NCBI GenBank assembly: GCA_005790605.1
Contig: SXUI01000040.1
Coordinates: 16,941-80,940 of the forward strand
Direction: 5' to 3'
DNA length: 64,000 nt
Source of the DNA: Planctomycetia bacterium
Lineage (GTDB): Bacteria > Planctomycetota > Phycisphaerae > Phycisphaerales > SM1A02
Shown: piece after piece, positions 36,547 through 45,090 of the stretch
Layout: each line of letters begins with the position of its first letter
How positions within the stretch are numbered: the stretch's first letter is position 1
Translations under genes and position numbers: made by a program
Notes under the pieces: model-generated
The model's input: the letters and a program-made list of their open reading frames with translations, nothing else
What the model was told of the DNA's origin: nothing
Database searches by the model: none

Positions 36547-37365
36547 ATGACAACGACGGTCCACCAACTGATTGAAGGCACCGAGGTCACGACTGGCGCG
36601 AGCCCGTCGGTCACACTCAAGTACTTCGTCGATGGAGCGGTCAGTGAAAACTTGGCGCTCGATGCCGTACTGGCAGTCTGCCCCGCGACCTATAACGGCA
36701 TGCCGAGGCAATCGCGCTCAGCGGAGCCGATCAGCGACACAAAATATCTCGTCACTGCGCGCTACTCGCCGCAGGAGTCCAACGACCAAGGCAATGCAGG
36801 AAGCGCGCCGCCGGAGAGTTCGTATGAGTTTTCGACGGGCGGAGGAAGCGAGATGATGTTTGTCTCGCTCTCGACCAAACAACGCGTCGCGCTTGCTGGC
36901 GGCCCACAGGCGCCCGACTTCCACAGCGGTGTCAACGTGACGAACGACGGACCGCAGGGCGTCGAGCGCACTGTGCCGATCTTCAACTTCAGCGAGACGC
37001 ACTTCAAGAGTGCAGCGGAAATCACCAGCTCGTCTATCTCTACGCTCTTTGCACTCACGGGCTGTGTGAACAACTCCGCCTTCCGCGGATTCGCTTCGGG
37101 TGAAGTGCTCTTTCTTGGTGCACGCGGCTCTAAGCGCGGCGTCACTGGTGATTGGGAGATCACATATTCGTTCGCCGCAAGTCCCAATGTCACCAACGGC
37201 ACCATCGGCGGCTTCACTGGCATCAACAAGGATGGCTGGGATTACTTGTGGTTTCTCTTCGAGGACAAAGAGGATCCCAACGCCGAAAAGATTGTGCGTC
37301 GGCCACGGGCTGCGTATATCGAGCAGATCTACAAGCGCGGCAGTTTCGCGGGCTTGGGGATATAG
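36547..37365 (+). CDS. distal tail / tail tip protein (hypothetical)
   Basis: 272 aa immediately after the tape measure gene. Confidence 0.45.
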   Translation: MTTTVHQLIEGTEVTTGASPSVTLKYFVDGAVSENLALDAVLAVCPATYNGMPRQSRSAEPISDTKYLVTARYSPQESNDQGNAGSAPPESSYEFSTGGGSEMMFVSLSTKQRVALAGGPQAPDFHSGVNVTNDGPQGVERTVPIFNFSETHFKSAAEITSSSISTLFALTGCVNNSAFRGFASGEVLFLGARGSKRGVTGDWEITYSFAASPNVTNGTIGGFTGINKDGWDYLWFLFEDKEDPNAEKIVRRPRAAYIEQIYKRGSFAGLGI

Positions 37366-37368
37366 GTC

Positions 37369-38457
37369 ATGTCGGACTACCTCAAGAATGTCAGACGCGG
37401 CGAGCCGATCGACCTCTCTGCAGCTGCGTGGAACAAACTGATGGATATGGCCCGCCGCGACGGCGTGCGTGGCGCATCCGGAATGGCTGACCCACTCTTT
37501 GCGAAGCGCGATCGCGATGTGGTGCTCGTCAAAAACATGTCAGGTATCGAGTACCCACGATGGGGTGTACTCGGTCTTGGCGCACCCGTGTATGTGCCGC
37601 AGCACAACCCGCCGAGCGGAAAACAAGAGTTGCCGCAAGACTTCGCGGAGAACTTAGTACTCCGCGGCGAGATGCCCGTCGCGGGAGTGCACGAGGGACT
37701 CTTCGGTGTGCTGCTTCAACCGCTCAAAGATGGTGACATTGGCGCCGCGATTGTGTCGGGGACTTTCGGTTGCGTGATTGTTGTGCAAGACGGGCGCCAT
37801 CGCTTCGCTGATGTGTATCCGTCGCGCGCGGCGGGTGGTTCGGGCGAGAGCTTCTCAAGTGGCGCAGCACTCATCGATGGCGATGTCTTGCTGCGCAGTT
37901 GCGATCACGGCGGCGCGGAGATCCTTTGGAAGGAAGCGGGACTGGGCGAGCGATATGCGGCGATCAGGCTCGCGCAACAACCTCGAACGAGATGGCGAGC
38001 AATCCTCGGAGCAGCGCACCTTCTCCCCGGCGAACGCTTTCGTTGGCGCTACGAATGGCACGAAGCGCGCATCGACGCCGATCCCGCCAGTCCGACCAGC
38101 GGCTGCTACATGCCACTCGAAGTCGGGCTCTCAAGCAAGGACACACTCGGCAGCGAAGTCGACGCGCGCATGGCGATCAACCGCTACGAGTCGCATCTGT
38201 CGCAGATTCATTCGCAACCTGACAATGGCATCGAAGGCTTCGCCATTGCTGGCGCGTGCCTCGTCCGGGGCGTACCCGAGTCGTGCCCGCCCGAGAGAGC
38301 GGCGGTGCCGATCCTCCAACCAATCCTTTCTGGTGTCTGCGTCGAGCTCGTCGCCGAGCCCGATTCCCACGGGAACACGCGATACACGTTCGAGGCGCTC
38401 AACGGTGTGATCTTCACCGAGATGACCGTGCCGCCGCTGCGAGGGACCTTTCAATGA
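37369..38457 (+). CDS. tail tip / baseplate-like protein (hypothetical)
   Basis: 362 aa. Position only. Confidence 0.4.
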   Translation: MSDYLKNVRRGEPIDLSAAAWNKLMDMARRDGVRGASGMADPLFAKRDRDVVLVKNMSGIEYPRWGVLGLGAPVYVPQHNPPSGKQELPQDFAENLVLRGEMPVAGVHEGLFGVLLQPLKDGDIGAAIVSGTFGCVIVVQDGRHRFADVYPSRAAGGSGESFSSGAALIDGDVLLRSCDHGGAEILWKEAGLGERYAAIRLAQQPRTRWRAILGAAHLLPGERFRWRYEWHEARIDADPASPTSGCYMPLEVGLSSKDTLGSEVDARMAINRYESHLSQIHSQPDNGIEGFAIAGACLVRGVPESCPPERAAVPILQPILSGVCVELVAEPDSHGNTRYTFEALNGVIFTEMTVPPLRGTFQ

Positions 38458-38891
38458 ACCCGCGTGTGAACGACCCAAACCAAGTGGTCGAAGCGATCCT
38501 CGCGATCGAAGCGATGCGACCACCGCCCCGCTTCATTGTGCACCTTCGTTGCCATGACAACGCGCTCGTGTCGGCACTCCGAAGAAGGCGCTGCGATGGT
38601 CTCGGCGTCGACACAGAAAGCGAAGCAGCCGACATGCGCGGAGCAATTGGAATCAACGCAAATGAGCGCGTGCCTGTCGCTGACGGCGTGGCCGACTGCG
38701 TCATCTTTCTTGGCGCAACCACTGCAGAGCTCGATCACGCGTGGGCTGAGATCCGCCGCATCGCCCGGCCGCGCGCGCACTTCCTCTTGTCGTTCACTCG
38801 CGCACCCACGGCAAGTTGGTGCAGCGCACGACTGACAGGAGCAAGCGTCTCACGGCGTCATCCCTTTGTGTGGGGCACGTTCCATGCGTGA
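38454..38891 (+). CDS. small SAM-methyltransferase-like protein
   Basis: 'DCVIFLGATTAELDHAWAEIRRIARPRAHFLL' resembles the C-terminal part of class I MTases. ATG overlaps the upstream stop. Confidence 0.3.
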   Translation: MNPRVNDPNQVVEAILAIEAMRPPPRFIVHLRCHDNALVSALRRRRCDGLGVDTESEAADMRGAIGINANERVPVADGVADCVIFLGATTAELDHAWAEIRRIARPRAHFLLSFTRAPTASWCSARLTGASVSRRHPFVWGTFHA

Positions 38892-39771
38892 GCACGCTGG
38901 CGACATCGCTGCGCTCCAATCGGGGCTTCGGCAACGCAGGCCAAGTTTGAGCGGCGTGCGATTGTGGACTGCCGACTTCGACCATGTGTCGCTCGCGAAC
39001 TTCTACCGCGGCAAGCACGCGTTTCTTGTGCTCAGTGGGCCAAGTCTCTTGACGCACGACCTGTCTGAGCTTTCGCGCCGCGGCATCGTGACGATGGGCG
39101 TCAACAACTCGTGGACAGTAGTACGCCCAACGCTGTGGACCTGTGTGGATACGCCCGATCGCTTCGTCGACATCGGATGGAAAGACCCGGGGATTACGAA
39201 GATCGTGCCTATTGAGCATTGGAACTCGCGGCTGCGTGTCGCGCTTGGTGAGGGCCGCTTTCGCGCGAGTCAATTTCGCGTGGCCGACATGCCAAGCGTG
39301 TTGATGTATCGGCGCAGCGACACGTTCGATCACCGCTCGTTTCTGAGAGGCGACACGATCTCGTGGGGCTGCGCGACAAGCGCGACGGACTCATTGGGCA
39401 TCAAGGGCAAGCGCAGCGTCATGCTCGCCGCGCTCGGGCTTCTCTACTACCTCGGCTTTCGCCAGGTCTATCTCGTGGGCGCTGACTTTCGCATGGCGAC
39501 CAACCAGAGATATGCCTTCGACGAACAGCGTTCGGCTCAGGCGATCCGCCACAACAATGTGCTCTACGAGAGTCTTGATAGGCGCTTCCACGCGCTGAAG
39601 CCAGAGTTCGCGAAGGCGGGTTTCTCTGTCCACAACTGCTGCGAACACAGCGGGCTCACTGCGTTTCCGAAGATCAGATTTGCCAAGGCCGTCGAACGCG
39701 CGAGCGCGGAGTGCTCGAAACCTGTGCCGACGGATGGTTGGTACGAACCAATACGGGAGAACAAACGATGA
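38884..39771 (+). CDS. DUF115 / MptE-like (Maf-type) domain protein
   Basis: 'HAFLVLSGPSL', 'GIVTMGVNN', 'LLYYLGFRQVYLVGADF' blocks resemble DUF115. Confidence 0.35.
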   Translation: MREHAGDIAALQSGLRQRRPSLSGVRLWTADFDHVSLANFYRGKHAFLVLSGPSLLTHDLSELSRRGIVTMGVNNSWTVVRPTLWTCVDTPDRFVDIGWKDPGITKIVPIEHWNSRLRVALGEGRFRASQFRVADMPSVLMYRRSDTFDHRSFLRGDTISWGCATSATDSLGIKGKRSVMLAALGLLYYLGFRQVYLVGADFRMATNQRYAFDEQRSAQAIRHNNVLYESLDRRFHALKPEFAKAGFSVHNCCEHSGLTAFPKIRFAKAVERASAECSKPVPTDGWYEPIRENKR

Positions 39772-40775
39772 GTATGACTTCAAGTGGCTCGTCAAATCCG
39801 ATGCGATACTTTCTCTATATTCCGGTGTGGGCCACGACGCAGCAGCCTGAGGGCAGCGACTCGGAGAGCAACTCGAGTGGATCATTGAGTGAGTCGAACA
39901 GCAGCGGATCGAACAGTGGCTCGGGTAGTGGATCATCGAGCGGCACTGGTGGCTCGTTGGGAGGATCAAGTGGCGGATCCAGTAGTGGATCAACCGATGG
40001 TTCGAGCGGAGGATCCACTGGCGGTTCTGGCGGTTCTGGTGGTTCTGGTGGTGGTTCCGGCGGCGGTGGCGGCGGATCGGGCGGTGGCGGCGGCTCCGGC
40101 AATTGCCTGCTCTACGGTTCCCTCGTCACGCTCTCTGACGGCAGCACGATTGCCATCGAAGAGCTGCGCCCTGGCATGGAGGTGGCGTCGCTTGCAGTGC
40201 CCGGGCTCGACACCGATGTCGACTACCGCGCGCAGTATGCGTGGCTCTCTTCGCACGGTCTTGATGGCTGCGCGCCGCGGAGCGTGCGCCTCGATCATGT
40301 GCGCAAGGGCGAGCACGACGGACACTTTGTCATCAACGATCGTATTCGCGCAACATTCGAGCACCCGTTTCTGATCCGCCGCGGCGACCAGTGGGGCTTC
40401 GCGTCCGCGCACCTCCTTGAGATCGGCGATCGGCTGGTCGTTCCCGCGCACGGTGGCTCACTCGGCGAAGAGCGCATCGAGTCGATTGAGGCAATCGCCG
40501 GCGTCGTGCGCACGGTCGCGATTCATGTGCCGGGCACGAACATATTCATCGGCGACGGCGCGTGGATGCACAATGATCTCTCCCTCAGTGCGATGTCGAG
40601 TTCGAGCGGCTCGATGTCGTCGGGATCGGGCATAGGTTTGTCGAGCGGATCAAGCAGCGGCGGCAAGAACAGTGGCTCGAGCTTCTCTGGCAGTGCTTCC
40701 ACGGGAGGCACCGCGCTCTCGGGAAGCGGACCGCAGTTTTCTTCGACATTCACTCCGACAACTGGCAAAGGTTGA
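39768..40775 (+). CDS. Ser/Gly-rich protein with internal Hint (bacterial intein-like) domain
   Basis: Low-complexity S/G N- and C-terminal regions flank a block that starts with Cys (SGN-CLLYGSLVTLSDGSTIAIEELRPGMEV) and ends 'VAIHVPGTNIFIGDGAWMHN', a Hint-domain signature. Confidence 0.55.
   Translation: MSMTSSGSSNPMRYFLYIPVWATTQQPEGSDSESNSSGSLSESNSSGSNSGSGSGSSSGTGGSLGGSSGGSSSGSTDGSSGGSTGGSGGSGGSGGGSGGGGGGSGGGGGSGNCLLYGSLVTLSDGSTIAIEELRPGMEVASLAVPGLDTDVDYRAQYAWLSSHGLDGCAPRSVRLDHVRKGEHDGHFVINDRIRATFEHPFLIRRGDQWGFASAHLLEIGDRLVVPAHGGSLGEERIESIEAIAGVVRTVAIHVPGTNIFIGDGAWMHNDLSLSAMSSSSGSMSSGSGIGLSSGSSSGGKNSGSSFSGSASTGGTALSGSGPQFSSTFTPTTGKG
39990..40100 (+). repeat. coding tandem 9-bp (Gly-Gly-Ser) repeats
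   Basis: ggcggttct ggcggttct ggtggttct ggtggtggt tcc ggcggcggt..., a simple-sequence tract prone to slippage. Confidence 0.6.
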
Positions 40776-40776
40776 A

Positions 40777-41286
40777 ATGCGACGATGGCACATTGTGGCC
40801 GACCTCTGCAATCGCCACGGCCTTCGCCGCGGCGTCGAACTCGGCGTGCGCGAGGGACGCTTCACGAAGCACATCCTTGTTCATGTGCCCGACAGCCAAC
40901 TGATCGGCGTCGATGTGTGGCGCGCGCTCCCCACGCGTGACGCGCCCGGCGCAGAGACATACGCAGAGTGGCCCATGGCTCGCTACCGCGCTCAAGCGAT
41001 CGCGCTCGTCGATCAGTTCCCGAATCGTTGCCGCATGCTCGAGATGACCACTGACGAGGCTGCCAAAGCGCTGCCCGACGCAAGCGTCGACTTTGTATTC
41101 ATCGACGCAGACCACACTCAGGATGCCGTCGCGCGCGACATCGCTGCGTGGACACCGAAGGTGCGACCAGGCGGACTGATTGCGGGCCACGACATCCGCT
41201 GGCCATCCGTGCGCCGCGCTGTGGCAGCAAGCGGGCCATTTGAGGAAGTGGGCCACGACGAAGTGTGGTTGCGGTGGATCTCATGA
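40777..41286 (+). CDS. class I SAM-dependent methyltransferase (Methyltransf_24 / TylF-like O-MTase family)
   Basis: 'LGVREGRFTKHIL', 'DASVDFVFIDADHTQDAVARDIAAWTPKVRPGGLIAGHD'. Confidence 0.65.
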   Translation: MRRWHIVADLCNRHGLRRGVELGVREGRFTKHILVHVPDSQLIGVDVWRALPTRDAPGAETYAEWPMARYRAQAIALVDQFPNRCRMLEMTTDEAAKALPDASVDFVFIDADHTQDAVARDIAAWTPKVRPGGLIAGHDIRWPSVRRAVAASGPFEEVGHDEVWLRWIS

Positions 41287-41930
41287 CGCCGACAATCGCG
41301 TGTGTACTGCGCTCGGGCGGCCGCTACAGCGCTGACTGGGTCGCGCGACTCAAGCGCGGCATCGAACGCCACACGACGGTGCCCCACCGCTTCGTGTGTC
41401 TTACTGATGTCGATGTGCCCGATGTCGAAACGATCGCACTCGTCGAAAGTTGGCCAGGATGGTGGTCGAAGATCGAGCTCTTCCGGCCGGGGCTACTCAC
41501 CAGACAAACGCTCTACCTTGATCTCGATGTCGTGATCGTCGGCGACATCGCACCGCTCCTTCGAGCATGCGACGCCTTTACGATGGTGCACGAGCGCGGC
41601 ACGAGTAATTACTTCAATTCGTCAGTCATGGCGTGGAACGGCGACATGAGTTTCCTGCACAATGCGTTTCGCGCAGACGCGCTTCAACACATGCATCGCT
41701 ATCGCAGTCATCCGCGCATCGGCGATCAGGCGTTCATCAGCGAGTTCCTTGTGAGCGAAGGTAAGAAGCCACGAACCTTTCGCGGCGTGCTCGGCTACGA
41801 CGCGATTGTGTCGTACAAGCGCGATCGATGCGAGAGTCGTCCCCCGCCGAGCGCATGCGTCGCGAACTTCCATGGCCGACCAAAGCCGTGCGATTTCGAG
41901 ACGGGCTGGGTGGCGGAAGCGTGGAAGTGA
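41283..41930 (+). CDS. putative glycosyltransferase-like protein
   Basis: DxD-like 'YLDLDVVIVGD' with nucleotide-sugar transferase-like context. Weak. Confidence 0.3.
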   Translation: MTPTIACVLRSGGRYSADWVARLKRGIERHTTVPHRFVCLTDVDVPDVETIALVESWPGWWSKIELFRPGLLTRQTLYLDLDVVIVGDIAPLLRACDAFTMVHERGTSNYFNSSVMAWNGDMSFLHNAFRADALQHMHRYRSHPRIGDQAFISEFLVSEGKKPRTFRGVLGYDAIVSYKRDRCESRPPPSACVANFHGRPKPCDFETGWVAEAWK

Positions 41931-42205
41931 GAACCCACACAAGCACAGGCGAGCCCACGAAGCGGAGTGCCTAACCAACAAGGCTTCGATGTGGGTCACG
42001 CCCGTGCAGACATCATCTGCAAAGCCCCGACATCAACAGCAAAGTGTGGCACGACAACGAGTTACGCCACTCTTCCACGCGCAGGCAACTCGTCAGTCAG
42101 CGTCGACTTCGGTCGACTCCCGCTGCTGTGGTTGTCAAAGCATAGCAAAGATGCGAGCATGCCCACTCGAATCCACACCACCGCGACCGATTCGGGGAGC
42201 AATAA

Positions 42206-43843
42206 ATGGCTGAAAGTTCAGCGTATGGCGGACGTGGACGCCCATGGCATCCAGAGTTCGTCGAGTACATGGAGTTCATCGTGCAGCACCCCGTGTACAG
42301 CGGAATGCCGGATGCATACTACGAACCTGGGCGCATTCAGTGGGAAGCCCCATCCAATCGCAGCAGCGGGCAGTTCAAGGACACGCATGGTCGACGTGCA
42401 AAGTGGTGGGCCGCGAAGGCCGCGGAAATCGGCGTGTCAACAGCTTCTGATCAGTGGATCTCACGCGTCGCCAAAACCATCCACCCTACGAAACTGAAAC
42501 CGTGCAAGATCTGCGGACGCCAGCTTCAGCTTCGATATGCCTATCCCCAGGAAAGGCTACTGCAGAGACTTCGAGATTTGCGCGGGGTTCCAACCGACTT
42601 CCAATTCGATCCGCTCGAGCCAATCTCTGACCTGGTACTTCGATTGGATCGACACTGCGGGTCCACCGTGATTTCACAACTTCCATCCGTGTTCAGCAGC
42701 GGACTCAAGGCCCTCAACACCAAGCCGATTCCTCGCTCGATGCCTGAATGGATCGACTGGCTCGAGAAGCATTACATCCCGTCAGAGCCACGTGGCGTTC
42801 TCAGTCCAGGCGCCATGTCAAATGCGCCAGACCGCTTCGACGGCTTTCACTGCGACAACTTGTGCTGCAGAAAGCACGCGGATAAAGGTCGAAGCAAGGA
42901 GAATTTGCAGACGTACGTGACAGATCGCCGGGTGTTTGAGTACTGGTCTGCCGGGGACTGGGTGGCAGCCGACCGTCTCATGGGCCTCGTGCGTACGACA
43001 TTGTCTTCGGCGACCTGCCGAAACGGCCATCAAGGACCATGCGCGGCTGACCACATTGGCCCGATTTCGCTAGGCTTTTGTCATCGGCCACGGTTTCAGT
43101 TGTTGTGCACCCCCTGCAACAGTGCAAAGAGCAACCGAATGTATCTCTCCGATGTTCTGCTTTTGAAGCAACACGAAGCGACAGGAGAGACAGTCGTTTC
43201 GTGGCATTCGCGTGCGGTGTGGGACCTTTGCAAAGATCGTGTGGGTACCGACGAGCACGCGAGGCGACTGTCAAAGTTGATGCGCGACAACCGGCACTCT
43301 CTGATGGCTGCACTCAAAGAGGTGTACGACGCCAACGGCCTGACCTATCTTGCGTCCCTCCTCGAACTCGACCGCGCAAATTTTGACGTGACATTCACCG
43401 AACTCAAGGCAACCGATCATCTCACGGCATATGCAAAGTTGGTGCATTCGGCACGCGATACCAAGTATGCGGTCGAACAGAAGGTCCGCCGCCTTCGGAT
43501 CGCGTTCGACGAACTATCCGCGTACTTTGAGAAGCGGAATAGAAACGCATTTGTCGCCTGCCCAACCACCACGCATCTGAAACGAGCGGTCGATAGTCTT
43601 TCAAAGGCTCGATCTGGATTCTCGATGCAGGAGGCCTTGCTTGCGAAGGCGAATGCCGCAGCGAAGGATGCCCAAGGAAGCCTATTCAGGGCCTCTCTCG
43701 ATTCGACCCGAGCGGTTCCCGCTTCGGCCTTTGCCGCAACACATGCAGCACTCGAAGCGCATATGAACCAGACGGGGAGAACCCTCGCCGAACTCTGGGA
43801 ATCTGATCGCTACTGCCGCGAGATAGCTGAGGATGTCGACTAG
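42206..43843 (+). CDS. candidate Type IIS restriction endonuclease with HNH (His-Me finger) motif
   Basis: 'CAADHIGPISLGFCHRPRFQLLCTPCNSAKSN' fits the HNH pattern. Convergent with two DNA MTases. 545 aa, a size similar to BsaI/Eco31I-type REases. Confidence 0.4.
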   Translation: MAESSAYGGRGRPWHPEFVEYMEFIVQHPVYSGMPDAYYEPGRIQWEAPSNRSSGQFKDTHGRRAKWWAAKAAEIGVSTASDQWISRVAKTIHPTKLKPCKICGRQLQLRYAYPQERLLQRLRDLRGVPTDFQFDPLEPISDLVLRLDRHCGSTVISQLPSVFSSGLKALNTKPIPRSMPEWIDWLEKHYIPSEPRGVLSPGAMSNAPDRFDGFHCDNLCCRKHADKGRSKENLQTYVTDRRVFEYWSAGDWVAADRLMGLVRTTLSSATCRNGHQGPCAADHIGPISLGFCHRPRFQLLCTPCNSAKSNRMYLSDVLLLKQHEATGETVVSWHSRAVWDLCKDRVGTDEHARRLSKLMRDNRHSLMAALKEVYDANGLTYLASLLELDRANFDVTFTELKATDHLTAYAKLVHSARDTKYAVEQKVRRLRIAFDELSAYFEKRNRNAFVACPTTTHLKRAVDSLSKARSGFSMQEALLAKANAAAKDAQGSLFRASLDSTRAVPASAFAATHAALEAHMNQTGRTLAELWESDRYCREIAEDVD

Positions 43844-43845
43844 GT

Positions 43846-45090
43846 TTATGAGGAGGCCAGCTTGCCGCGCCGCCGAACGCTACCCGTATTGATTGGATCC
43901 GGCAGCTCGGTCAGGGAATCAACATCCGATCCTCGAGTGCTCAAAGCCGCGATGTAGGACTGTGCGCTAGTGCACCCGCGCATCAGCGATTGATAATCCG
44001 ATTTTGGAGCGGTTACATATTCGAGAGTCTCCCCGTTCTCACCTGCAACGAGCGCTGGTAAATCGCCGAGGGCCTCAAGGACGGAGATCGGTGTGCCGCC
44101 AAAGAGGCCGTTCGTCAGTGGTCCGTGAGGCAATTGAAACGCCGCACGCTTCCTGAATCCAACAATGATGATTCGCTTCCGACGCTGCGGCACGCCATAC
44201 TCCTCGGCGGATACGCGCCAGACCACTATCTCCCTAGCGACGGAACGAAGCGCCTGACTGACGCGCTCGAAGACCCGACCTGATTCCATGTTGATCAGGC
44301 CCGTCACATTCTCGAACAAGAAGGCGTCGGGATCGACCGCCTCGACGATCCGACAGTAGTCATTGAAGAGCAGATTGCGTTCATCTGCCTCGCTACGACG
44401 ATTCCCCGCGGTCGAGAACCCCTGGCATGGAGGTCCTCCAACGAGAACCTTCGGCACTCGCGAATCGCCGGAGGCTGCCAACTCGACGATCCTGTTTCGG
44501 ATGTCCTCTTCTCGAACATCGCCAACCACAACATTTGGGTGGATGTTCCGCACGAATGTCTTCATGGCGTGTTCGTCGATATCTGATGCCACCAAGCTCT
44601 TCCAACCAGCCCAGTGGAATCCGAGTGAGAGCCCACCTGCACCCGCGAACAAGTCGACGAGATTCCCGGGGCGCCCGAACGAGGTGGCCAACCAATACGC
44701 AAGGAGCGGCGGTACCGCGTTCCCGATCTGCTTTGATACAGCGGTGAGCGGTCCGGTGAAAACGAAGCTGTCAGGGAAACTCTGCAGGCGGGCCGCTTCG
44801 CGGTAGGAGAGCGTGCGAAGTTGCGCCCACTCGTAATGCAAGTGGCAACCGTTCCCGGGTCGACCAACGTAGGTAGAGATCGTGTACGAGGGCTGCGACG
44901 GATGCAGCCTCCCGTAATAGGTTGAACGACTTCCCTCGCCTCGCGCGTAACTCTCGCGGATCTGCTTCAGTCGCTGAGAAGGCACGGACTCGGGAATGTC
45001 CTTCCAGTTACCGCCTGGCGGAACAGCCCGCGCAAACTGCAGATCGAGTGCGCTAAGTTTCGGCGCAATATGATTCCGAATCATCACCAC
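43846..45090 (-). CDS. DNA (cytosine-5)-methyltransferase, circularly permuted motif order
   Basis: Motif I 'DLFAGAGGLSLGF', IV 'GGPPCQGFSTAG', VI 'FLFENV'. Motif IX/X-like 'LSYREAARLQSFPDSFVFTG' lies N-terminal to motif I. Confidence 0.85.
   Translation of the reverse strand: MVMIRNHIAPKLSALDLQFARAVPPGGNWKDIPESVPSQRLKQIRESYARGEGSRSTYYGRLHPSQPSYTISTYVGRPGNGCHLHYEWAQLRTLSYREAARLQSFPDSFVFTGPLTAVSKQIGNAVPPLLAYWLATSFGRPGNLVDLFAGAGGLSLGFHWAGWKSLVASDIDEHAMKTFVRNIHPNVVVGDVREEDIRNRIVELAASGDSRVPKVLVGGPPCQGFSTAGNRRSEADERNLLFNDYCRIVEAVDPDAFLFENVTGLINMESGRVFERVSQALRSVAREIVVWRVSAEEYGVPQRRKRIIIVGFRKRAAFQLPHGPLTNGLFGGTPISVLEALGDLPALVAGENGETLEYVTAPKSDYQSLMRGCTSAQSYIAALSTRGSDVDSLTELPDPINTGSVRRRGKLASS

Noticed and set aside
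39840-40740. Tandem short repeats that might be mistaken for a CRISPR array or non-coding satellite
   Set aside because: They are in-frame Ser/Gly codon repeats inside a continuous 335-aa ORF. There are no spacer-repeat periodicity and no cas genes anywhere in the window.
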